Shown piece after piece: positions 7,750-16,738 of a stretch of 43,607 nt of DNA (within the stretch, counting starts at the first letter, position 1; each line of letters starts with the position of its first letter). This DNA comes from Vicinamibacterales bacterium (GTDB lineage: Bacteria; Acidobacteriota; Vicinamibacteria; Vicinamibacterales; UBA2999). The notes under the pieces are model-generated. The model was not told the origin of the DNA. It worked only from the letters and a program-made list of their open reading frames with translations, and did not search any database. A program made the translations under genes and the position numbers. The stretch lies in assembly GCA_035553795.1 (NCBI GenBank), contig DATMJU010000733.1:1-43607 (forward strand). Direction: 5' to 3'.

Positions 7750-10700
7750 ATGTCGCTGACGATCGGGCAAACAATTCAACAACTCCATCGGTCGCTGCGC
7801 GACTACATCGAAGCGACGTACCACGTCAGCCACCCGATTCTTGTAGATCAGCGTCAACGACTGCTGGATCAACGTGGTGTAATCCACCAACAACCGTATC
7901 TTGAAAGCACACCCCGCTACAGGAGCGGGACGCCCTTCGCCGAACTCGGTCTTGAGCCCGCCGTCCTGGATGCCTTCCATTGTGTCACCCAATCCCAAGG
8001 TGACCTGCCGCTCCTGGTCCACGATCCACCTTACGAACATCAGGCGCTGTCGGTGAAGCTGTCGCTGGTTGATGGACGCAGCCTCGTGGTGATGACGGGC
8101 ACCGGCTCTGGAAAGACGGAGTGTTTCCTCCTGCCAATTCTCGGGAAGTTAGCCGGAGAAGCAGCGCGGAAGGGAAAGGCGTTCGGCTCGACACCTGCGG
8201 TACGAGCGATGGTGTTGTACCCGATGAATGCGCTCGTTAACGATCAGCTGGGCCGACTCCGTCTGCTTTTCGGCGATCCGCGAATCGTCGACCGGTTCAT
8301 GACTTTGTCCGGCCGACCGGCGCGTTTTGCACGCTATACGAGCCGCACGCTATACCCCGGCGTGCGTGATGAGGACAAGGACAAAGAACGCCTGGGGGCC
8401 ATCGGGAAGTACTACGTTCGCAACCTTGAACTGGCCAGCGGCCCCCCATCACCACAGCAACAGGCGGCGCAAGCGCTCGTACGCGAGTTGCAGAAGCGTG
8501 GCAAATGGCCCGCTAAGCCCGATCTGATTGCTTGGTATGGAAAGAAGAGCACACGCTGGAAGGATGCCAAGACCGGGGAGTTCAAGCGTTGCGTTACCCT
8601 ACCCCGCGATCCGGAACTGCTAACGCGACACGAAGTTCACGCCGCGCCGCCGGACGTGTTGGTGACGAACTACTCGATGCTCGAGTACATGCTGATGCGG
8701 CCTCTCGAGCGGCCCATATTTGACCAAACGCGGGACTGGCTGCACCAGAATCCGGACGAACGATTTCTTTTGGTCGTGGACGAGGCACATCTGTACCGGG
8801 GGGCCGCGGGCGCCGAAGTCGCCCTGCTCATACGACGCCTGCGAATGCGTCTTGGGATTCCAGCAGACCGGCTACAAGTCATCTGCACGAGCGCAAGTTT
8901 CAACGATCCGGATTACGCCGTCGCCTTCGGTGCGGAACTTGCGGGAAAAGCTCCTTCGGATTTCCGGAAGGTCGAGGGACAACTCTTGTTCCGGAACGGC
9001 GCGGCGCCAGGCTCTGCCGAAGATGTCGCGGCGCTGAACGCGATTCAGATGGAACGATTCTACGAGGCCGTGAGCGATGTCGCACGGCTCGCAGAGATAT
9101 CGGGATTTCTTGAATACCGGCACGTGCCGCAGCCGTGGGACCTGCAGAAGTCGCTTTTTGCGGCTCTCGCAGAGTTTCCACCAATGGCGCGGCTCGTCAA
9201 CCAAACGATGAAGTCGGCGCAACCGGTTGATGGGCTTGGACAGCAGTTGTTTCCAGACAGCGATGCCGAAGCTGCCGCGCGTGCCGTGACGACGCTGATC
9301 GCTTTGGGTAGCATGGCAAGAAGAGAATCCAGCGAGCCAGGACTTCTACCCTGCCGCGTCCATTCCTTCTACCGGGGTTTGGCCGGCCTCTGGACCTGCA
9401 TGGATTCGAATTGTCCTGCTCTACCTCCGGACAAGCGGCAGGGTCCGGCCGGTCGCCTTTACAGCCAGCCGCGTGACCAGTGCGAGTGCGGCGCGCGAGT
9501 GCTCGAACTGTTCACATGTCGGAACTGCGGAACCGCATACAGCCGTGCTTACACGAACGACGTGAATGATCCCGACTTCTTGTGGGCTGAGCCGGGCGGG
9601 GCGTTCAGAACATTGTCGGGACAGTTCGAGGAACTCGCACCGATCGACCTGCTCCTTGAAAAGCCGGTCTTTGCCGAAATGGCGGAACCCGCGGAGTACG
9701 ATCTCGTTACCGGCAGACTGAATCCACGGACCTTAGGAGAGCGCAATCGGCTGGTATACCTGCGGGCTGGACGCTCTGCTCCACCGTCCACTGCGGACGA
9801 ACCTCGTACCGCAACGCCAGGCGAGTTTAGACCTTGTGCGGTCTGCGGGGAGAGCGCCACGTTCGGTCGCTCTTCTGTACAAGATCATCAGACGAAGGGA
9901 GATCAGCCCTTCCAAGCGTTAATCGCAAAGCAGATTCAAGTCCAACCACCGAGCGCAGTGCCTCCGACGCGGCTCGCACCATTACGCGGCCGGAAGGTCT
10001 TGGTATTTTCCGACTCACGTCAAACCGCTGCACGGCTGGCCCCTAACCTTCAGACGTACTCGACGCAAGACGCGTTGAGGCCGCTGGTGGTTGCTGGCTA
10101 CGCACGACTCGTCTCTGCGGGACCGATTATCTCCAGCCTGCTCTCGCTTGAGGATCTCTACCTCGGCGTGTTGCTTGCCGCTAAACAGATGGGAGTGAGG
10201 CTTCGTCCCGAACTCAAGGTTGGCGAGAGTTTTCAAGACGAACACCTCGTTGAGGAAGCTGTCAAGAACAACGTATTCGCGAAGGAAATGGATCTCCTTC
10301 AGCTCCTCGTGCGCCTGCGAGGATCCGCTCCTCCTGAGTCTCTCCTTCGAGCGATAACAAAGTCTCTCGTCGACCGTTACTACGGCCTTGAATCGCTGGC
10401 GCTGGCCTCAGTCATTGAGCGAACGGAGCACACCTCCAAACTCCCTGCGTTACCGGACATTCCTGGATATGCCCAAACGGCGGATGAGAAGATCGCACTC
10501 GGGCGAGTTTGGCTCCGTTCTTGGGGTCGCGCAGGATTCTGGCTCAGCCGAATGCCGCCGGCCTGGTGGTTGAAGGACGTGCAGGCACGTTCTGGGAAGT
10601 TCGACGACATTCGGTATTTTCTTCGTGACCGTGCCGCACGCGCTGTATTCGAGAAGCAGTGGGTACCGGAGCTTCTGAAAGTGTTCGGTGAGCAAACCGC

Positions 10701-13323
10701 GCCAGGCAAATTCCGGCTGAAGGGCAGTGAGCTATCGCTTGCCATCGGTGGCGAATGGGCTTATTGCCAGGCATGCCGAACGGCGCAGCGCCCATTTCCT
10801 GGCCGGCCGACGTGTGTGAACTGTGGGCAGGACACCGCGACTCATATCGACCCCGAAACAGACACAGTGTTTGCGGCACGAAAAAGGTACTACCGCGCCA
10901 GTACCGTCGAGGCGCTCCGCGCACAGCCGGTCGTACCCATGGCATTGATCGCCGCGGAACACACCGCCCAGCTGAATGACGCTCAAACCCAAGATGTCTT
11001 CTCCAAGGCGGAAGAGCACGAATTGTTGTTCCAAGACGTGGATCTCGGGCCGGACGATTCAGGACGGGAGCGTCCTGCGATTGATGTGTTGTCCTGCACG
11101 ACCACTATGGAGGTTGGCATCGACATCGGGACACTGTCCGGTGTGTCGCTTCGCAACATGCCACCAGCCCGAGCGAACTATCAGCAGCGAGCCGGCCGAG
11201 CTGGTCGGCGTGGGAACGCCGTCGCCACGGTCACTGCCTTTGGCAGCGCGGACAGTCACGACGAGCACTACTTCACGCATCCCGAGCAGATGATTAGCGG
11301 CGCGGTTGATGATCCACGATTGACCCTCGGCAACGCTGAGATCGCGCGTCGTCACGTCAGGGCGTACTTACTGCAGCGGTACCACCAAGCCAAGCTGCCC
11401 GCCATTAAGCCCGAGGATCAGCCCCACTTGTTCGCCGTGCTTGGAACAGTGGCGGAATTCAAGAATCCCACGAAGCCACTGAACCGATTCGGCCTTAACG
11501 AATGGCTGAACCAGAATGCTTTGGCATTACGCGAAGAGCTGGAACAGTGGCTTCCGATGCACATTCCGCACTCTGAGCGGCAGCGCATTCTTAGTTCATT
11601 CATCGCTGACACAATTGATCCAATCGATGCGGCGATCGAATACGTGCCGTCCGGTGGCGCCGACGATGACGCTGGTGAACTTCCGGCGGAAGCTGATGCT
11701 GCGGCTTCTGAGACACCAACAGAGGTCACTGACGAAGAAGGCGAAGAACAGCCAGGCCGAGATCCAGCCGCCGAGAACCTGCTCGATCGTCTGCTCTACA
11801 AAGGCGTTGTACCGCGATACGCGTTCCCCACCGATGTCGCAACATTTCACGTCTTCGATCCAGAGCGTTCCACTCGCTTCCGCCCGGCATTCAGATTTAC
11901 GCCATCGCAGGGACTACCGGTAGCGCTCTCGCAGTATGCACCAGGCAAAGAGGTGTGGATCGGAAGCAAGTTGTGGACGTCCGGCGCGGTGTACTCACCA
12001 ATGCGGAGCGACCGTTATCAAGCGTGGCTCGGACGGCGCTTCTACTACGAATGCAAGTACTGTCACTACGCGCGGACGGTGTCGCTGGACGCAGGCGTTC
12101 GAGGTGAGCGGAAGGATTGCGAAGCATGCGGCATGCCTGGGACATTCGGTCCTGCGTCGTACTGGCTACGGCCACCAGGCTTCGCGCACCCTGTTGCGAA
12201 GGAAGAAGGCACATCGCCAGATGACCAACCGGCTCGCAGCTACGCGACGCGCGCGAAACTGACGATGCATACGCCCACGGACGAGGCGAAGTGGACGCGC
12301 CTGAACGAATCGTTACGGGTGTACTACACCAGGCAGCACCTCTTGGTTACCAATCGGGGACCGAGAGAGGAGGGCTACACGTACTGTACGAAGTGTGGGC
12401 TAATCGAGCCGACCGCGTTGCCCAAGGGCGTCGTCGGTGCCGCCCATCGAAAGCCATTTCCCGACCTCAAAGACCCGAACTGCCCGGGAGGTGGTGCGAC
12501 GAAAGGCCTGGTGTTGGGCACCGACTTCATCAGTGACGTCTTGCTCATATCCATCAGCGCTGCGCCCCCGCTGAACCTTCTGCCGAGTCTTCTCGCCACG
12601 GACGTCGCACTTCGAACGGTAAGTGAGGCGCTGACAAAGGCGGCTTGCGCGAGCCTGGAGTTGGAGGCGAACGAGCTGCAGGCGGAGTATCGGCCAGCCC
12701 TGACAACAGCCGGGCGGGAAGGACGGGAAGCGGAAATATACCTCTATGACACGCTGCCCGGTGGAGCAGGCTTCGCCCAGCGTGTCGGCGGCTTAGGGTT
12801 GTCCGTATTCGAGGACGCGCTCGAGATCCTCGAAAGCTGTCCAGACAACTGCGATCGGTCGTGCTACCGATGCCTTCGAAGGTACAAGAATAAGTTCGAG
12901 CACGACCTGCTAGATCGGCATGTGGGGGCGAGCCTTCTGCGGTTCGCGCTCCACGGGATAGTTCCATTACTCGCTCCAGATCGATTGCGCCGGTCTACAG
13001 ACATCCTCTTCGAGGATCTGAATCGACACGGAGTCGAATCCCTCACGATCGGCCGCGACGTCACCCTCGAAATACCTGGCCTGGGTGAGATCAGCGCTCC
13101 GATAGTGATTACCAATGCTCAGGGGAACCAATTCGTAGTGGGGCTACAGGGGCCGCTAACCCCGGATGAGCCGTCAGAACCGGAACTTCGGGACGTTAAA
13201 GAATTTTCACCTGCGATTCCGGTCGTCTTGATCGATGAACTCGTCGTGCGCCGGAATCTCCCAAGGGCAACGGCCATCCTCCTCGAGAGAGTAGGCGTGG
13301 GCTCTGGACATGCCACCACCTGA
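7750..13323 (+). CDS. Giant SF2 DEAD/DEAH-box helicase (1,857 aa) with several zinc ribbons and a C-terminal DUF1998/MrfA-type zinc-binding domain; DruE-like
   Basis: Walker A GTGSGKTE (about 8095-8118), DEAH (8779-8790), helicase C motifs TTTMEVGIDIG and QQRAGRAGRRG (about 11183-11215), and the cysteine cluster CPDNCDRSCYRC (12838-12873). Confidence 0.85.
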   Translation: MSLTIGQTIQQLHRSLRDYIEATYHVSHPILVDQRQRLLDQRGVIHQQPYLESTPRYRSGTPFAELGLEPAVLDAFHCVTQSQGDLPLLVHDPPYEHQALSVKLSLVDGRSLVVMTGTGSGKTECFLLPILGKLAGEAARKGKAFGSTPAVRAMVLYPMNALVNDQLGRLRLLFGDPRIVDRFMTLSGRPARFARYTSRTLYPGVRDEDKDKERLGAIGKYYVRNLELASGPPSPQQQAAQALVRELQKRGKWPAKPDLIAWYGKKSTRWKDAKTGEFKRCVTLPRDPELLTRHEVHAAPPDVLVTNYSMLEYMLMRPLERPIFDQTRDWLHQNPDERFLLVVDEAHLYRGAAGAEVALLIRRLRMRLGIPADRLQVICTSASFNDPDYAVAFGAELAGKAPSDFRKVEGQLLFRNGAAPGSAEDVAALNAIQMERFYEAVSDVARLAEISGFLEYRHVPQPWDLQKSLFAALAEFPPMARLVNQTMKSAQPVDGLGQQLFPDSDAEAAARAVTTLIALGSMARRESSEPGLLPCRVHSFYRGLAGLWTCMDSNCPALPPDKRQGPAGRLYSQPRDQCECGARVLELFTCRNCGTAYSRAYTNDVNDPDFLWAEPGGAFRTLSGQFEELAPIDLLLEKPVFAEMAEPAEYDLVTGRLNPRTLGERNRLVYLRAGRSAPPSTADEPRTATPGEFRPCAVCGESATFGRSSVQDHQTKGDQPFQALIAKQIQVQPPSAVPPTRLAPLRGRKVLVFSDSRQTAARLAPNLQTYSTQDALRPLVVAGYARLVSAGPIISSLLSLEDLYLGVLLAAKQMGVRLRPELKVGESFQDEHLVEEAVKNNVFAKEMDLLQLLVRLRGSAPPESLLRAITKSLVDRYYGLESLALASVIERTEHTSKLPALPDIPGYAQTADEKIALGRVWLRSWGRAGFWLSRMPPAWWLKDVQARSGKFDDIRYFLRDRAARAVFEKQWVPELLKVFGEQTAPGKFRLKGSELSLAIGGEWAYCQACRTAQRPFPGRPTCVNCGQDTATHIDPETDTVFAARKRYYRASTVEALRAQPVVPMALIAAEHTAQLNDAQTQDVFSKAEEHELLFQDVDLGPDDSGRERPAIDVLSCTTTMEVGIDIGTLSGVSLRNMPPARANYQQRAGRAGRRGNAVATVTAFGSADSHDEHYFTHPEQMISGAVDDPRLTLGNAEIARRHVRAYLLQRYHQAKLPAIKPEDQPHLFAVLGTVAEFKNPTKPLNRFGLNEWLNQNALALREELEQWLPMHIPHSERQRILSSFIADTIDPIDAAIEYVPSGGADDDAGELPAEADAAASETPTEVTDEEGEEQPGRDPAAENLLDRLLYKGVVPRYAFPTDVATFHVFDPERSTRFRPAFRFTPSQGLPVALSQYAPGKEVWIGSKLWTSGAVYSPMRSDRYQAWLGRRFYYECKYCHYARTVSLDAGVRGERKDCEACGMPGTFGPASYWLRPPGFAHPVAKEEGTSPDDQPARSYATRAKLTMHTPTDEAKWTRLNESLRVYYTRQHLLVTNRGPREEGYTYCTKCGLIEPTALPKGVVGAAHRKPFPDLKDPNCPGGGATKGLVLGTDFISDVLLISISAAPPLNLLPSLLATDVALRTVSEALTKAACASLELEANELQAEYRPALTTAGREGREAEIYLYDTLPGGAGFAQRVGGLGLSVFEDALEILESCPDNCDRSCYRCLRRYKNKFEHDLLDRHVGASLLRFALHGIVPLLAPDRLRRSTDILFEDLNRHGVESLTIGRDVTLEIPGLGEISAPIVITNAQGNQFVVGLQGPLTPDEPSEPELRDVKEFSPAIPVVLIDELVVRRNLPRATAILLERVGVGSGHATT

Positions 13324-14575
13324 TCATCCGTCGCCCTGGGAAGCGACACCACCCGACAGGTGGCCTGCGCCGCCGTCCGACATGTCGGTCACCACACTAC
13401 TTGAGATTGAAGCCTGCCCTCGTCGATGGGCTTTGATGGCCGCGCCGTATCCGACGTTGTGGTCGGGCCGGGGCTATCCGCCGCGAATAACCGTGGCAAG
13501 TCTTGGGGGAACCGTAGTTCATCTTGCCATCGAGCGAATCACCCGAGCATTCGTTGAAGCGGGATGTAGTTCATCTGCGGAGCCAGCTGCTGTGCAAGTG
13601 ATGAGAGCGCTCGGTGGGTACACGGGCATCCTCAACGATTGCATTCAGGTCGTGCACACGCGCGTTCTGTCGAACCCTCGGGCATCCCGAATCGGTGACC
13701 AAATCACTCGCTCCTTACGGGCGCAGGTTCCCGAGTTGCGATCTCGCACGCAAGCACTGATAAGCACAGTGCAAGTCAATGATGGATTGGGAGCCGGGTC
13801 TCAGCACGCGCGACCATCATCTACTGGGACTCCCGCGCTTCCAGGGGCGGGCCGCGCGCCTTTGACGGCAGGAGCCTACTCCGAACTGGAATTGCGAGTG
13901 CCTTCTCTCGGCTGGAAGGGCAGAACCGACTTGCTCGTCCTAACTGAGAAGTCCTGCCACTTGACAGATTTCAAGACTGGCGCGATGGATCAGGCACACG
14001 ACTTTCAGCTGCAGGTGTATGCCCTTCTCTGGAGCAGGGATTCCGAACTCAACCCTAGCGGACGCCGCGCTGACCGATTGACGGTCGCCTACTCCAGCGG
14101 TCAGCGCGAGGTCCCAGCGCCGACCGACGTTAAGCTTCAGGAACTCGAACGAGAGATCGTCGAGCGTCGTGACGCCGCAGTTAGTGCGCTTTCGCGAGTT
14201 CCCCCCGCCGCACGGCCGACAGCGGAGAATTGTGGGTACTGTTCGGCGCGGCAACTATGCGGCGAATACTGGGAGTGGCAATTACAGTCGCCTACCGGTC
14301 AAGAGAACAACGACAGCTTTGGAGATCTGGAGGTGACCATCGCCCGACGACACGGGCCAGCGAGTTGGGACGCGACAGCCGAGGCATCGGCGCGATTTCC
14401 GAGGGGCCGGGCGATCTTGTTGCGAACATCCGACGACTTGCAGTTGCGGCCCGGCCAGCGGCTCAGGATCCTCAACGCCGGCTTTGGCGTTGGACTTAAG
14501 GACGAAGAACCCGCCGTCGTTACATTGGGATCCTTTAGTGAAATCTTTTCCGTGACATCGGTGCCAGGGCGATAA
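13310..14575 (+). CDS. PD-(D/E)XK nuclease of the Cas4/RecB type with a Fe-S-style cysteine cluster
   Basis: Motifs GRTDLLVL...LTDFKTG (D...D/ExK), QLQVYALL (QxxxY), an N-terminal Cys in EIEACPRRW, and C-terminal CGYCSARQLC. Overlaps the helicase stop by 14 nt. Confidence 0.7.
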   Translation: MPPPDHPSPWEATPPDRWPAPPSDMSVTTLLEIEACPRRWALMAAPYPTLWSGRGYPPRITVASLGGTVVHLAIERITRAFVEAGCSSSAEPAAVQVMRALGGYTGILNDCIQVVHTRVLSNPRASRIGDQITRSLRAQVPELRSRTQALISTVQVNDGLGAGSQHARPSSTGTPALPGAGRAPLTAGAYSELELRVPSLGWKGRTDLLVLTEKSCHLTDFKTGAMDQAHDFQLQVYALLWSRDSELNPSGRRADRLTVAYSSGQREVPAPTDVKLQELEREIVERRDAAVSALSRVPPAARPTAENCGYCSARQLCGEYWEWQLQSPTGQENNDSFGDLEVTIARRHGPASWDATAEASARFPRGRAILLRTSDDLQLRPGQRLRILNAGFGVGLKDEEPAVVTLGSFSEIFSVTSVPGR

Positions 14576-14581
14576 CAGAAT

Positions 14582-16738
14582 TCAGTCTGCAAGCGCCGCT
14601 GTCACGAACTCAACTCCAAGCTGGGTCGAGTGTGCCACCTCGTCGATCTGCTCGATGTCGGCGCTCACGGGTTCGTCCAATGAGTGTTGGCCGAACGTGT
14701 ACGGCGAGGCGCCCTCGGCAAACTCATTAGAGTCGTCGTCTGGAAGCACCACTCGCGCTCCATGACGCACAGGCGAAGCCAAGGAGTGACTAGCTACCGC
14801 TGTGAGCACCTCCTCATTCTGGATTCGCTTGACCACCCACCGCGTGAACCAGAAGTCAACAATCCGATTAGCCGCATCGGATCCATCTGGAACCAGATAC
14901 GAAGGCCTCGACTGCACGCCAAGAAGAATCTCCCTAAAGTTTTTTGCTAGAGGAATGCCGTAAACGAGTCTGGGGCTGCCGTGCTGCAGCAGCAGGTTCG
15001 ACGGGAGCCCAGCAGCATCCAGCGCGGCGCGAACCTTTCTCAGTTTGGGATTCACTCCTTCCCCAAAGATGCTGTTAACGGGCCGACCACGTTGCAGCCG
15101 TCCGAGGAGAGGTTCGAGTGAGGCGAGCGTGTCACGCGAGAAATGATATGACCCGTACCCGGCCGTTCGTCCTAGGCACTCGTACGACACCATCGCGTTC
15201 TCTGGTCCGCCGACGGCAGCCGCTGGCATCTTGAGCCGGTTGTACTGGCTTGGTGCAACTCCATAGAGACTAGTGGTCCCTAGCAGCACCAGACGTGGAG
15301 GCCGGGTGATCGTTCGACCGGCCATAGACGAAGCGATGATGCTGGATGCAGTCTTGTACCGGCGCGCGTATTCGGCTCGCACTTGTGGGCTTGCCATCAG
15401 CAGTGACACGAGCTTTCCGCCCAGCAAATGGTTGTACGGTGCGATGGCGCCACAGACCGTGATATCCATCACCTCGACGCCGACATGCGCGGCCTTTGTC
15501 TGTCGAAGAACCGTCGCGACTGCGCGCTTAAAGCCCTCTGTTGCGAGTGCTCGGGTCCAAGACTCCATGCGACGCCAGGCGGTGCGGGCTGCCTGTAATT
15601 GGATCCGAGCCGCGAGAAGGTCCGCCAACGTCGAGGCCCGCTTGGAACGAAACAAATGAGTCTTCGCTTGATTGGACCAAACGGTATTCTGTCCCCGACC
15701 GGCCGCTTTGTGTGCCTGCTGTTCTGGGTAGAGACGATGAATCCGGCGCTCCGCCCCCGCCAGATCCCGCAGCTTCGCAACGTCGTTTACGGTCGGGTGC
15801 CGCAGCGAACGCCTAGGTATGACTCCGTCCTTTACAAAGTCATTGGTGTAGACGTCGCTCAGTAGTCGTTCCAACGACGTGTCCAGCCATTGCATCCACG
15901 ATCCGCGAGAGCCGTTACGCATCGCCGTTATGAGATGGTCCGGCGTCCAGCCGATCCACCGGTCACGCACCGACAGCTGAACGATCGGGCTGCCAAGTGC
16001 CGCAATCGCGACGACTGGGTGATTTGCGGCAGCACGGTCGCGCACGAGGAAAAAGACCTTTCTGCCCGGCGTGCTCTGGTACGTCGTGGTCCATGTGTGC
16101 CGAAAATATCGCCACACGTCAAACAGATCGAGGCCAGTAAACTCGCAGGTCGTTCCCGCGCGTGCAACCTGAAGATAGGGATCGACCGCTTCACGCAGCG
16201 CCGTTCCATCTGAAGTCTCAGTCGGGCGGGGAACACTCGACAGCCGTTTCGCCAGATCGCGGCCGTCGCGCATCAGCGAAAAGATAGAGTGCCATTCGCC
16301 GTTGTGAAGTCGCCGATGCTCCATCTCTGCTATGAAGCGCATGACCCCCGGTTGCCGCAGTTGCGCGTCGCGCTCAATGACGTGTGCCGCGCGGACACGT
16401 GCTCTTTCCTCAACCGCGTCCATGCCGTTCATGGGCGCAAGCGCAAGGATTCTGCGGCTCGTTAGCCGCAGCTTCCAACCTTGCGCTCGGAGATCGCACA
16501 AGACGTTAACGCAGAAGATTAGTGGGACCGTCGTTCGGCTACCGGCCTTGCGCGCCCTCTCAATGCCATTCGCTCGAGCCGTCCGAACCGCTGCGGCCTG
16601 CTCGGATACGCGTGTGGAGCGTACGAGTTCTGTCACAACTGAGCGCAGCGTTTTTCGTGGATGCGAGTAACGCCACAACTGAGCCGGCGTGACGTCGATC
16701 CAGGCGAGGCGTTGATCTGGGCGCTGCGTCGACGTCAT
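14582..16738 (-). CDS. DUF4338-like (DruA-like) protein, 718 aa
   Basis: PGRKVFFLVRD...VAIAALGSPIVQLSVRDRWIGWT, GGKLVSLL, LVLLGTTSLYG and YECLGRTAGYG parallel the DUF4338 pattern I recall (LRYFV...LGFGAAAWKTAPRDRFIGWT...LLETFV...GxTxGRG). ATGA-type overlap with the upstream ATPase gene. Confidence 0.6.
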   Translation of the reverse strand: MTSTQRPDQRLAWIDVTPAQLWRYSHPRKTLRSVVTELVRSTRVSEQAAAVRTARANGIERARKAGSRTTVPLIFCVNVLCDLRAQGWKLRLTSRRILALAPMNGMDAVEERARVRAAHVIERDAQLRQPGVMRFIAEMEHRRLHNGEWHSIFSLMRDGRDLAKRLSSVPRPTETSDGTALREAVDPYLQVARAGTTCEFTGLDLFDVWRYFRHTWTTTYQSTPGRKVFFLVRDRAAANHPVVAIAALGSPIVQLSVRDRWIGWTPDHLITAMRNGSRGSWMQWLDTSLERLLSDVYTNDFVKDGVIPRRSLRHPTVNDVAKLRDLAGAERRIHRLYPEQQAHKAAGRGQNTVWSNQAKTHLFRSKRASTLADLLAARIQLQAARTAWRRMESWTRALATEGFKRAVATVLRQTKAAHVGVEVMDITVCGAIAPYNHLLGGKLVSLLMASPQVRAEYARRYKTASSIIASSMAGRTITRPPRLVLLGTTSLYGVAPSQYNRLKMPAAAVGGPENAMVSYECLGRTAGYGSYHFSRDTLASLEPLLGRLQRGRPVNSIFGEGVNPKLRKVRAALDAAGLPSNLLLQHGSPRLVYGIPLAKNFREILLGVQSRPSYLVPDGSDAANRIVDFWFTRWVVKRIQNEEVLTAVASHSLASPVRHGARVVLPDDDSNEFAEGASPYTFGQHSLDEPVSADIEQIDEVAHSTQLGVEFVTAALAD

